Program-made: the position numbers and the translations under genes
Shown: one piece after another, positions 47,554 to 56,486 of the stretch
Layout: each line of letters begins with the position of its first letter
Position numbering within the stretch: the stretch's first letter is position 1
Notes under the pieces: generated by a model
What the model was told of the DNA's origin: nothing
The model's input: the letters and a program-made list of their open reading frames with translations, nothing else
Database searches by the model: none
Sequence record: NC_023557.1
Reading direction: 5' to 3' (one strand)
DNA length: 64,000 bases

Positions 47554-47985
47554 ATGGACAACAAGATTCAAGTCGTTATCTTATCGGATGATTCGTATCA
47601 GCAACGCTTCCTGTTTCTGGAAGTCCCTGCGCTTGTGAACAACACCGATACGGACATCACCGTCCGTAAGCTTATTAATGAAGCGACAGCAAAAGGACGC
47701 CCTGATTTTAACGTCTCTCTGATCAGTGCAGGGATCGGTATGATTGCCGGCTCCAATAACGTTACCATGGAATACCAGATCAAAGCGAACTGCTCAGGTG
47801 CCGCTGGTGAGATCGCTGAGTATATCCGCACCGTAGGTAACTACGAGCGGGTACAGGTAGCAACCAAACCCCACATCGCCCTGGCAATGCTGCACAACGA
47901 AGACTGGGTAGGTAAGCAAACCATCGACCTGATGGATGCAACGCCATTCCTGACCATCACTCCAGTTACTGAAGAGACCTGCTAA
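47554..47985 (+). CDS. Hypothetical protein
   Basis: 143 aa, GAGGAG RBS. Confidence 0.6.
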   Translation: MDNKIQVVILSDDSYQQRFLFLEVPALVNNTDTDITVRKLINEATAKGRPDFNVSLISAGIGMIAGSNNVTMEYQIKANCSGAAGEIAEYIRTVGNYERVQVATKPHIALAMLHNEDWVGKQTIDLMDATPFLTITPVTEETC

Positions 47986-47986
47986 C

Positions 47987-48943
47987 ATGGCTGAAGTCAT
48001 TAAACGCTTGCCGGGGATGAATCACCATCCGGCACACCCTGGTATCTGGGTGCCCTTCGAAAGCTATCGTCTGAAAGACTACTACGACATCAAACTGAAA
48101 ACCGGTGAGGTGTATAAGTGCTGGTACCCGAACGCCACTGCATGGTCGCCCCGGGGTGAATTGGTCGAAGGTCAGCCGGGTCGGGTAGAAGATGATGATG
48201 TGGTGGAGATCCGCCTGTTACCCGATGAAGAGATCACTGACCGTTATTGGTTCAAAGGCGAAGATCGTCTGAAGCGCAATATCGATTTCTTTGGCGATGT
48301 GTTGCCGGAAGTGATCACCGCAGAAGATGGCACGGTAACCTTTAAACCGATTACCCGTCGCGTGTTTGACGAGCTGGTGACCAGTAGCTGGGATGGCGAG
48401 AAAGCGATCTGGTTACGGGAGGATGAGTTATCCGTCGAGGAGCTCAAGACCAGGCTCTGGAGTGAGAAGGGTGACATCGATCCTGATTCGATACTAGGTC
48501 GGTCATTCACCACTTATCTCACCCTGCTCTGCACCCAGGCCAAGTACGAGCTTGAGTTGCTGGAAGTACCGTGGAAGGGCAGTACATTCTACATGAACCT
48601 GATGAGTCCCACTGACTATCAGCGTGAAGCGTGTATGAATGCAGTGGTCAAACTTGAAGAGTTGGCCGCACAGAAGCAGGCTGAGGGGCCTTTACCCTCC
48701 ACACCTTATCGTGGCGTCACGGCAGCAGGTCGCGCAGCACAACGCGCCGTGGTCACGGCAGCGGCGCATACATTGGTATCTGCCTTGGATCGTAAAGCGA
48801 TAGCTGGCGCCAAGCACATGAAAGGTGATCGCTTTGTTACTAAAGGCGAAGCACGGGTAGTCGATGGTCAGAAACTGACCGGGAAGCAATTACGTAAACT
48901 GCAGAAGAAACAACGGAGGGCTGAACGTGGAACAGTCGAATGA
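47987..48943 (+). CDS. Hypothetical protein with basic C-terminus
   Basis: 318 aa; ends GKQLRKLQKKQRRAERG. Confidence 0.65.
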   Translation: MAEVIKRLPGMNHHPAHPGIWVPFESYRLKDYYDIKLKTGEVYKCWYPNATAWSPRGELVEGQPGRVEDDDVVEIRLLPDEEITDRYWFKGEDRLKRNIDFFGDVLPEVITAEDGTVTFKPITRRVFDELVTSSWDGEKAIWLREDELSVEELKTRLWSEKGDIDPDSILGRSFTTYLTLLCTQAKYELELLEVPWKGSTFYMNLMSPTDYQREACMNAVVKLEELAAQKQAEGPLPSTPYRGVTAAGRAAQRAVVTAAAHTLVSALDRKAIAGAKHMKGDRFVTKGEARVVDGQKLTGKQLRKLQKKQRRAERGTVE

Positions 48944-49235
48944 AGAAATCAAACTAATCAGTGGTGATGAAGAACGTGGCGAAGCTTCGTATTTAGTCGA
49001 AAGTGAATACGAAGCCCGTGACGCGTATCAGCATTTCATTGAGCACTATACTGGCGATTCAATCACCGATGGCGAAGATCAGTGGCATACGGTTGCCAGT
49101 GAAGGATTCCTCAGTGACCTTGACTATCCGGTGATTGTGATCTTCTACATCAACTGGGATCATGCTGACCGTCACGAAGTGAAGTCCGTTCCCGTCAATG
49201 GTTTGAGTGCGCTTGCGCCTCATCTGTTCAAATAA
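48927..49235 (+). CDS. Acidic hypothetical protein
   Basis: 102 aa, GTG start with GGAGG RBS. Confidence 0.55.
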   Translation: MEQSNEEIKLISGDEERGEASYLVESEYEARDAYQHFIEHYTGDSITDGEDQWHTVASEGFLSDLDYPVIVIFYINWDHADRHEVKSVPVNGLSALAPHLFK

Positions 49236-49260
49236 GTTCCATTAACCCAAAGAGGTAATT

Positions 49261-49554
49261 ATGTCGTTCACACTGTCAAAGAAACTCGTTCCTGTTCTGC
49301 TCACCGCGAAAGACGGCCGTAAGTATGCCGTTGTTAATGGCGGTAACCGCGCCAAGCTGACCCTCGGCTTTGATGACGGGATCAGTCAGGAGGTTGCTGT
49401 GCCTTCTGAGCAGATTCCTGAAGAAGCGCGCACCAACGGCACCAAACTGTATTTCGATGCAGAAGGTGCGGTGACGGGCTGGGATGCAGCACCGGGTGGA
49501 AAGACGAAGTCAAGCACGACTGCCGGATCAATGACCATGCGTCGTCCTGGCTAA
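49261..49554 (+). CDS. Hypothetical protein
   Basis: 97 aa, GAGGT RBS. Confidence 0.6.
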   Translation: MSFTLSKKLVPVLLTAKDGRKYAVVNGGNRAKLTLGFDDGISQEVAVPSEQIPEEARTNGTKLYFDAEGAVTGWDAAPGGKTKSSTTAGSMTMRRPG

Positions 49555-49562
49555 ACCATCAG

Positions 49563-49588
49563 GGGGAGGGAAACCTCCCCTTATGCCG
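49563..49588 (+). terminator. Hairpin GGGGAGG-GAAA-CCTCCCC followed by TTATGCCG
   Basis: GNRA hairpin plus family motif. Confidence 0.75.
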
Positions 49589-49600
49589 TATGGAGGGGTT

Positions 49601-50131
49601 ATGAGTTTATTGATCTACACTGACGGGCTGTTAATCGGGGATCGTCGGGGAACACGTAATGCAGAGCATGAGCGATTCATCCGTGACATGAAGAAGACTC
49701 ATGTTTCGAAATGCAAACGCTTAGCGTTAGGGGTGGTAGGCGAAGAGATTCATCCAACGGATCTGCCAAAGGTAATGACCTTCTTTATTAACTCGTTGAC
49801 TGATCACTATCATCGCGAACACGACGTGGGTTATGCACACAACTATAGCGAAGAAGAGTCATTGGTGGCGGGTCTTGAGAACCGTCGTTTTATTCTGATG
49901 ACGGCAGATCGGGCTTTTATCATTAACTTCGGCTCTTTGACTGAGATCACTCACGAGCCCTGGTATTGCTCCGGTAACGGAATGGCGATGGCCGATGTCT
50001 TTCTGACTGCAGGGATGTCGCCAGGGAAAGTGATTGAAGCGGTAGCCAAACTCAACCTGGAAGTGGGGCATTCATTTACCCGTGTCGAACAGTCTCGCTT
50101 AAAACCCTTGATTAAGAAGGTGGAAGAATGA
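49601..50131 (+). CDS. Ntn-hydrolase / HslV-proteasome-beta-like protein
   Basis: (M)SLLIYTDGLLIGDRR...KK...LALGVVGE and WYCSGNG...AGMSPGKVIEAVAKL match the beta-subunit layout; GGAGG RBS. Confidence 0.6.
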   Translation: MSLLIYTDGLLIGDRRGTRNAEHERFIRDMKKTHVSKCKRLALGVVGEEIHPTDLPKVMTFFINSLTDHYHREHDVGYAHNYSEEESLVAGLENRRFILMTADRAFIINFGSLTEITHEPWYCSGNGMAMADVFLTAGMSPGKVIEAVAKLNLEVGHSFTRVEQSRLKPLIKKVEE

Positions 50132-50646
50132 GTGGCATATTCGCAGCCCAAGGACGTAACCTCGTGTTTCCTACTCAACTGGAGAAAAGGAGTGGGCTTT
50201 ACTACACCCCGCCTCCTGAAGCGTGCTGGATGCCCTGGGGGCGTTACTTCCCACTGTCAGCAACCAGCTTCAATATCCTCGAGCATTTCATGACCGGAGA
50301 AGATCTGCCACGGGAGAGTTCATACTCGACGCACGTGCTCGGTATTCTGGTCACACCAAACGGACTGATCTACGAATACATCAATACCGTTGAAGGGATT
50401 AGACGGCGGGTTGTTCCTTTGGGTAAAGGTGCAGTGTATTGTCGCTCCGATGATCCATTGCTGGAAGAAGCTATGACAGCAGCGATGGTGGTGCATGATC
50501 AGCTGGTTGACGCCATTACACTGGTAGGGAAGTCCCGCAAACTGATGACCCATCAGTACAAATATACAACACTGGACAAAGTATATGCGGAAATAAAGGA
50601 ACGTAAAATTGTCCTGCAACCGCCCACGAGGAATAATCTAATTTAA
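50128..50646 (+). CDS. Possible degenerate paralogue of the upstream Ntn-fold protein
   Basis: Same size, ATGA-coupled; ILVTP vs ILMTA, VYC vs WYC, C-terminal helix pair. Confidence 0.4.
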   Translation: MSGIFAAQGRNLVFPTQLEKRSGLYYTPPPEACWMPWGRYFPLSATSFNILEHFMTGEDLPRESSYSTHVLGILVTPNGLIYEYINTVEGIRRRVVPLGKGAVYCRSDDPLLEEAMTAAMVVHDQLVDAITLVGKSRKLMTHQYKYTTLDKVYAEIKERKIVLQPPTRNNLI

Positions 50647-50671
50647 CCCCTGTTTATATAGAAAGGAAAAT

Positions 50672-51118
50672 ATGAACAACTTTATCAACGATGCTTTAGA
50701 TATCATTGAACTTAACGAAAGTAGTGCACGTACTGAACTCTGCCGCAAGCAGGAAGCTTCGTTACCGGCCTATATTCTCAAACTGGCGACCCGACTGGCC
50801 AAGAAGATTGCCTATGCAGTTCGCCTAATGGAGAAACGCGATGAAGGGTATGTTCGTCTTGGTGCTTATAGCGATCGCTGGTTACTCTGTTTTGGTGACC
50901 GCATCAGCCGTTATGGCATGCATACGTCGGGTAAACATGCGCTCTATCTTACCTTGGATTGGGCTACTTTTATCCGTGACCATAAGTTATTTGACGTGGC
51001 AAATCACCTACTTCAATTGGCTCTGGGCAAGTTGCTTCCTGGGCATTGTGTGTTACTGGGCGGTGAAACACCCAAACACGAATTCGAGTTCGTGATCTGC
51101 AAACAAACAATAAAATAA
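50672..51118 (+). CDS. Hypothetical protein
   Basis: 148 aa, AAAGGA RBS. Confidence 0.6.
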   Translation: MNNFINDALDIIELNESSARTELCRKQEASLPAYILKLATRLAKKIAYAVRLMEKRDEGYVRLGAYSDRWLLCFGDRISRYGMHTSGKHALYLTLDWATFIRDHKLFDVANHLLQLALGKLLPGHCVLLGGETPKHEFEFVICKQTIK

Positions 51119-51129
51119 GAGAGGGCGCC

Positions 51130-51549
51130 ATGCCACAGCGTGGTACAACACCGAGCTTTGCAGAATTCACACAGCAAGAACTGGCAGAGAAGGTAATCCC
51201 GATACTGCCAGACTACTGTAACCGTCTTTGTGGGGTCATGATAAGCACATGCTTTGCGCATCGCGTGGGGCTTACTGACAAATCTGTACTGCGTTTTGCT
51301 GAGTATCACTTCAACCCCACTCCCGACCTAGCGCGACAAACAGACTGGTCGGTGGAAGTGCGAAGTGAGCAGTGTGTGGTTTATGAACTCAACATCCCCA
51401 AGTTTGTCCACGAGGCTGGATTGGTAAAGCAGTTTTTAGATATCCTCTCCAGCCATCTTGAACTTTATTTCACTGACAGTAAGGTGCTCCTCGGGCATGT
51501 GCTCCCGCCGTGCTTCCTTACTATCCGCATTGAGAAAACAACACCATGA
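51130..51549 (+). CDS. Hypothetical protein
   Basis: 139 aa, GAGG RBS. Confidence 0.55.
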   Translation: MPQRGTTPSFAEFTQQELAEKVIPILPDYCNRLCGVMISTCFAHRVGLTDKSVLRFAEYHFNPTPDLARQTDWSVEVRSEQCVVYELNIPKFVHEAGLVKQFLDILSSHLELYFTDSKVLLGHVLPPCFLTIRIEKTTP

Positions 51550-52313
51550 ATCTTTATCTCGTCTCTGACAGTCGTTATACCCCGCCAGGTGATTTCTACA
51601 ACAACTGGTTAGTCCACGCTAATAGTCGTGACAATGCCGCGATGTTGTGTAATTCACGTTGTCTGGTTGATACCTTTGAGATTGGTAGCCTGAACTACAA
51701 CAACGGTGAACTGATCATGATGCACAAGACCGTCCAGCACACGGATGAACCGCGTCTGAAGCAGAAGGTTGGTGATGCACTGTATTATCCTTTAACGGTA
51801 TCACCTGACAGCAGTGCCTTTGACCGTATCATTGGTGAGATCGTGAACAAAGCCGCCTCCCCGTTACCGGAAGGTGTCTCTGTCGATCGCCTTCTCATCA
51901 ATGCTGACAGTCCTGAAGCGCTGTTCTTTATCTCACGTCATGATTTTGGCAGTTCGCGTTGTTACTACAAAATCCCCAGTGAACTCGACAGCCAGATCTC
52001 TAAACTGCTGGACTTCAATAAAGGTGAGCGTATTCCCCGTACGTCCCACGAACCGGTTGCGCTCTCCTGGCGCAGTCGGCTCTCCCTCATGATCGCGCGT
52101 CAGCATGATGATGCGTACAACCATGAGAAGCTGGAGATCTACCGTAAAATGGCATTTGATCTGGTAGCTGCTGCGACTGACCACGAGAACGCTGCACTCG
52201 CGACACTGGGCCCGGACCAACCCGAATTCAAAGTCTGGATGCCCGGGATTAATGAAGAGAAGATCCATCAAGCGCTGGATGCGTTTGGTGCGCCACGTCA
52301 GTTGGGTGAATAG
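51546..52313 (+). CDS. Hypothetical protein
   Basis: 255 aa, ATGA-coupled. Confidence 0.65.
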   Translation: MNLYLVSDSRYTPPGDFYNNWLVHANSRDNAAMLCNSRCLVDTFEIGSLNYNNGELIMMHKTVQHTDEPRLKQKVGDALYYPLTVSPDSSAFDRIIGEIVNKAASPLPEGVSVDRLLINADSPEALFFISRHDFGSSRCYYKIPSELDSQISKLLDFNKGERIPRTSHEPVALSWRSRLSLMIARQHDDAYNHEKLEIYRKMAFDLVAAATDHENAALATLGPDQPEFKVWMPGINEEKIHQALDAFGAPRQLGE

Positions 52314-52330
52314 CCTATTAGGAGCTGTTT

Positions 52331-52921
52331 ATGGAGAGGATAACATTAGCTTGGCTAAGAGCTAATCAAGGAAGGAAATCTCTGGAAGATCGTTTGTTTC
52401 AATTCGGTCACGTTTATAGTGAGAGAGATTCCTGTTTCACCTGGCGTGGGATGGTGGATAATTACGGCTACGGAAAGATAAAGGTTAAAAGTAGATTGGT
52501 GGGTGCACACAAACTGTCTTATCTGCTATTCAAAGGGGATATTCCAGAAGGTATGGTAGTTAGACACACGTGCGATAACCCAGTCTGTATTAACCCCTCT
52601 CATTTAATCGCGGGTACGGTAAAGCAAAACGTTCATGATGCAATAGCAAAAGGCCGTGCTTCTTTTCAGAATGCTATCAATTCATCGGTATGTAAGTTTC
52701 TGCCGGCCAACGCTATTATTATGGTAGATAGAAAGATAGGCCCACTACTATGTTATGCAACAACCCGGCGATTAGCCCTTGCTGATAATTCTAAAGTTTA
52801 CTGGGGTCGTCCGTGTAAGTCACACGGCATGCCTTGGAGAAGAACCAGTAATGGCGAATGTGTCTATTGCAGGCACGAATACCGAGCAGGTGTGAAGTAT
52901 ACACCTAATGGAAAGAGGTGA
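52331..52921 (+). mobile_element. Free-standing HNH homing endonuclease
   Basis: CFTWRG...GYG...AHKLSY...VVRHTCDNPVCINPSHL..GT..QN; C-terminal C..H...C..C; visibly more AT-rich than its flanks. Confidence 0.85.
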
Positions 52922-52936
52922 TCCCTTTATCTTCCG

Positions 52937-53012
52937 CGGGTGAGGGTTAGAACCCGGCTGTGGCCGCATAGCCAAAGTCGGTTAATCAAAGTCGACGGAT
53001 TTGGATTACCCG
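52937..53012 (+). ncRNA. Candidate multi-stem structured RNA
   Basis: Closing helix CGGGTGA/TTACCCG enclosing GGGT-TAGA-ACCC, GGCTGTG-GCCG-CATAGCC and GTCGG...TCGAC; three G-U pairs work only on the + strand. Confidence 0.35.
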
Positions 53013-53074
53013 GCGTGACTTGTCATTGTTTCACTTTGTTCTACTACACAAACAGCTCAACTCTCTCATAATTC

Positions 53075-53105
53075 AAGGGGTGGGGTAACTCACCCCTTTA
53101 TGCCG
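53075..53105 (+). terminator. Hairpin AAGGGGTGGG-GTAA-CTCACCCCTT followed by TATGCCG
   Basis: GNRA hairpin plus family motif. Confidence 0.75.
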
Positions 53106-53120
53106 CAAGGATCTATTATC

Positions 53121-53453
53121 ATGCAGGAATTCTTCAAAAGCTACGGCACGTACTTCTTTGATGTACTCATGTTTATCATGGTGTTCGCCTGGTGTTTCTG
53201 TGGCAGTGGCGGTACACGTCATGACAAAAACAAATGGTTGCGTTACGGCGCACCTGTTGCATTTGGTCTTTTTGTTGTGCTGGTCGTCCACGGGTTTGGT
53301 GCATTTGATCGTTATCTGGAAAGGAATAAGTGCGCTGACTTACCAATAGGTGTCGGCGTAATGATTGAAGACCGCTGCTACAAGCGCGTTGATGGACCCG
53401 TGTACATATCCGCCGACAGTACCGTGTACAAGGAGAGCAATGTACATGACTGA
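53121..53453 (+). CDS. Small two-TM membrane protein
   Basis: Two hydrophobic helices and a C-terminal Cys pair; the track start used the ATG inside the TATGCCG motif. Confidence 0.6.
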   Translation: MQEFFKSYGTYFFDVLMFIMVFAWCFCGSGGTRHDKNKWLRYGAPVAFGLFVVLVVHGFGAFDRYLERNKCADLPIGVGVMIEDRCYKRVDGPVYISADSTVYKESNVHD

Positions 53454-53649
53454 TTTGTGGTTGTACATTGCAATCTTTCTGCTCTGTTATATCTGGGCAT
53501 TTTTCGGTCTTCCACCTACCGGTAATAAAAGAAAGCTTTATCTGTATCCGGGAATCGTTGCAGTAGCGTTCTGTTTAGGTGTAATGGCGATTAAGAACTG
53601 CAGTGATTCAACCACACGATATCAACCGCTGTACAACGTGCATCAATAA
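53440..53649 (+). CDS. Small two-TM membrane protein
   Basis: AGGAG RBS; LWLYIAIFLLCYIWAFF and LYPGIVAVAFCLGVMAI. Confidence 0.55.
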   Translation: MYMTDLWLYIAIFLLCYIWAFFGLPPTGNKRKLYLYPGIVAVAFCLGVMAIKNCSDSTTRYQPLYNVHQ

Positions 53650-53652
53650 CGG

Positions 53653-53680
53653 GAGGAGGCTTTGGCCTCCTCTTATGCCG
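53653..53680 (+). terminator. Hairpin GAGGAGGC-TTTG-GCCTCCTC followed by TTATGCCG
   Basis: 8-bp stem plus family motif. Confidence 0.75.
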
Positions 53681-53750
53681 ACTATTCTTTTTTGGTTATT
53701 TCCTACATCTACCCGCAAATCATTTAGCCCATTATACACTGGAGTTGTTC

Positions 53751-54305
53751 ATGGAAAAGATTACGAGTGATACGATCCTTGCTAAGTTACGTGAGGTGGT
53801 AGAAACAAACAAAGAAAACCAACATCGGAAACTCCGCTCAATAAGCCAAACCATGGCGTACAACATTGAAGCGATCGTCGAGTTGATTGCCTTATCCGGT
53901 GAGATGCACCTTGATCTGCTTGATCGATACAAGGTTGACACACTCATAGAGCCGCATTACAAAGGCAATCAACGGGCTTATAGTCGACTGAGCCATACTG
54001 CCTGTATTCACACGGGCATGGAATACCTTGCCGGCAACGCGCACATCTACACCAACGATGAGGGTAAAGAAGCAGTACGAATCATCTGCACCTTTAAGTT
54101 TAAACGCGACTTCCTGCAACCTAGCTTATTGCCCAAGGTACTTCACTACTGTCTGCAGGAGCTTCAGCCGCAGTTTGATGATGGCGGCAGTAGCGTCTTC
54201 TTCCACACACCGGGTGAGTTAGATAATCCCCGTCTTAAAGCCATTCCGGGCTGGCACGTCGACGCTAACGTCCGTGATAACTCCATTGTCATTAGTTTAC
54301 GTTAA
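53751..54305 (+). CDS. Hypothetical protein
   Basis: GGAG RBS before ATG 53751. Confidence 0.6.
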   Translation: MEKITSDTILAKLREVVETNKENQHRKLRSISQTMAYNIEAIVELIALSGEMHLDLLDRYKVDTLIEPHYKGNQRAYSRLSHTACIHTGMEYLAGNAHIYTNDEGKEAVRIICTFKFKRDFLQPSLLPKVLHYCLQELQPQFDDGGSSVFFHTPGELDNPRLKAIPGWHVDANVRDNSIVISLR

Positions 54306-54315
54306 GGAACCAAAC

Positions 54316-55026
54316 ATGATCGTTGTTGTTGTTGATACTGAATCGACTGCTTTGGATGAACTCGCGGGTATTCTGAGTTTGTCCGCTATTCGCACTAACG
54401 TGGCTGACATGAGTTGCATCAAGCACCTGATCGGCGTGCACCAAGCCGGCAAGACGCATGACGACATCTTCCATGCCGTATTGAACCTCAATGAACAATA
54501 CGTGATGGGTCGTACCTTCTTGCAAAGCACGCAGGATTGGTGGATGAAGAAAACCACCCCGGCGGCGAAGGCTTCAGTAACCGGACCAACGCAGTCTGCA
54601 AAAGATGCTTTGACAGCATTTGTGGCTTTCATCGAAAAGGCCATTGAGGCGACGATTAAAGAACGCGGGGAGAAAGCGAAGGTCCAGCTGTACTACCGTG
54701 GCGACTTCGATGCCAAAGCCATTGCGTCCCTGGCAAAAGCGGTGGGTGTTGAACTCCCGTATATTTTCAATCAGAACAAAGAGATCCGCACATATATCGA
54801 TGCCAAGCTGGACACGGATATCGGTTATATCCCGTGGCTCGGTTACCCAGAAGGACTGGGGCGTCATAGCTCACTCGATGATGTTCTAATCGATGGCTTC
54901 GAGATGGCGGTGGCCTATCGCATCAATCACCTCGAAAAGTTCGATAAAAAGTCGGTGCCGGGCGAGATCGCCAAACTGAAAGAAACGTACCCTATTCCGG
55001 AGAAAACTCATGCAAAATCTAAATGA
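54316..55026 (+). CDS. DEDDh 3'-5' exonuclease (DnaQ/RNase T-like)
   Basis: VVVDTEST (Exo I), GDFD (Exo II), HSSLDD (Exo III). Confidence 0.8.
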   Translation: MIVVVVDTESTALDELAGILSLSAIRTNVADMSCIKHLIGVHQAGKTHDDIFHAVLNLNEQYVMGRTFLQSTQDWWMKKTTPAAKASVTGPTQSAKDALTAFVAFIEKAIEATIKERGEKAKVQLYYRGDFDAKAIASLAKAVGVELPYIFNQNKEIRTYIDAKLDTDIGYIPWLGYPEGLGRHSSLDDVLIDGFEMAVAYRINHLEKFDKKSVPGEIAKLKETYPIPEKTHAKSK

Positions 55027-55732
55027 CCGTATCTTTGCCAATTATGATGGTCACATTGAAGCTATTGATGCGCATTTTAAACCTACCTATCAACTGCAGC
55101 TGGCTGAGCAAGTCATCCCGGCTGAACAGATGGATAAGCTTGTAACCTGGATGGACCACAACGCCCATGTCAAAGGTGCGACGGTCTACCTGATGGAGTT
55201 GGTGCCTGATCTCGATAAACCGCATCCTGCACAATCAGAGATGCGTGTGTTTATTGCACTCGGTATGTTTAATCGTGAAGTCAACCCTGATTTGCCTTAC
55301 TGGTGTCATGTACATCACCATTATCCGGTTAACCTCGCTGTCGACTTGATTGTTACTGACCTGCAAGGCGTTCCTGTAACCCATGCCGTTCTGACTGCGT
55401 TTAAGTCATTTGATCGAGCGCGTACCTACAGGGATAATCTCGGCGGCAAAGGTGGACATCAACCGCATCACGAAATCCATACTGGCATTATTGACCAAAG
55501 TGGTAAGGTGATCTTCGAAGCCTACGGGAATATCAACTGGCATACCAAGAATGCCATTCGCCTGCTGGCTGAACGACAGATCCTACAGGAAGATACCGAG
55601 TTGTCAGCGGTGTGGTTACTGGCGGGTTTAAAAGCAGGTGTCAACTGGAAAGTCGAAGACCACGTTGACATCATGAAGGCAATCGATACTTTCCGTCCGA
55701 GGAATACCCATGATTTTAACGGCTATGTTTAA
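55010..55732 (+). CDS. Hypothetical protein
   Basis: 240 aa, GGAGA RBS. Confidence 0.6.
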   Translation: MQNLNDRIFANYDGHIEAIDAHFKPTYQLQLAEQVIPAEQMDKLVTWMDHNAHVKGATVYLMELVPDLDKPHPAQSEMRVFIALGMFNREVNPDLPYWCHVHHHYPVNLAVDLIVTDLQGVPVTHAVLTAFKSFDRARTYRDNLGGKGGHQPHHEIHTGIIDQSGKVIFEAYGNINWHTKNAIRLLAERQILQEDTELSAVWLLAGLKAGVNWKVEDHVDIMKAIDTFRPRNTHDFNGYV

Positions 55733-56474
55733 GAAGTGCTTTGGTGCGTCGTCTGTCTATAAAGAAGATGACGGCAGTACACGCATTACCGCTGACCAGT
55801 ATGAACTTACGCTGGGTCGATCCTACCATCCTAAGCTCAAGCGTAAGGTGGGTCGGGGATTTGGCTTCTATGTCGAAAATGGCGAGAAGCTCGAGTTCGT
55901 CTTGCGGGGTTACTGGTTTGTGTTGATCGCCTGGAGCAAGAAGCGCAAATCACTCAATTGGGAAGAAGCGGAGAATGCACCGACTTACGGCTTCAATGTT
56001 GTTGACTCTGACTTAGCGATCTATCTCGGCAACGAATCCGCTAAGTCAGACAAACACATCAGCATGCGTAGTCGCAGCAAATACATCCCCCTGCCCTGGG
56101 CCTGGGTCTTCCATAAGCGTGAAGTGTTAACCACCCGTGACACCTGGGCTGATGTCAAAGAAGGTGCGCTGTCTCAAGAGTGGTCGTTCCCCGCCACATA
56201 CATCACCAAGCACAATGAAGTGCAAGAGATGATGATCGAAGCGAAGATGGAGCGCATGACCTGGCGTCTGGCATGGCTCCCTTGGTTCGCTCCGGTTACC
56301 AAGAAAGACCGCTCAGCGAGTTACAAGTACCACGGGAACGGTGGTAACGGGGTTGGTCACGATGCCAGTGGGTGGAAAGGCGGGGTCATCGGTGGCGGTA
56401 TTATCATGCGGGACAATGAACACAACCCGAAAGAAACATTCGACCGTTTAATTAAAGAGCAGCATTACGGCTAA
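55710..56474 (+). CDS. Hypothetical protein
   Basis: 254 aa, Trp-rich. Confidence 0.6.
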   Translation: MILTAMFKKCFGASSVYKEDDGSTRITADQYELTLGRSYHPKLKRKVGRGFGFYVENGEKLEFVLRGYWFVLIAWSKKRKSLNWEEAENAPTYGFNVVDSDLAIYLGNESAKSDKHISMRSRSKYIPLPWAWVFHKREVLTTRDTWADVKEGALSQEWSFPATYITKHNEVQEMMIEAKMERMTWRLAWLPWFAPVTKKDRSASYKYHGNGGNGVGHDASGWKGGVIGGGIIMRDNEHNPKETFDRLIKEQHYG

Positions 56475-56486
56475 GAAGGAAAGCAC

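Noticed and set aside
52930-53015. Minus-strand tRNA (GGGTTCTAACCC resembles a T-arm)
   Set aside because: The stems contain A-C mismatches on that strand, the T-stem is too short, and there is no anticodon arm or CCA
52314-53120. Group I intron housing the HNH gene
   Set aside because: The flanking ORFs start and end cleanly with their own RBS and stops; no P7-like conserved elements were recognised
49583-53120. Track starts at 49583 and 53100
   Set aside because: These ATGs are part of the TTATGCCG motif; downstream in-frame ATGs (49601, with a clear GGAGG RBS, and 53121) are more plausible
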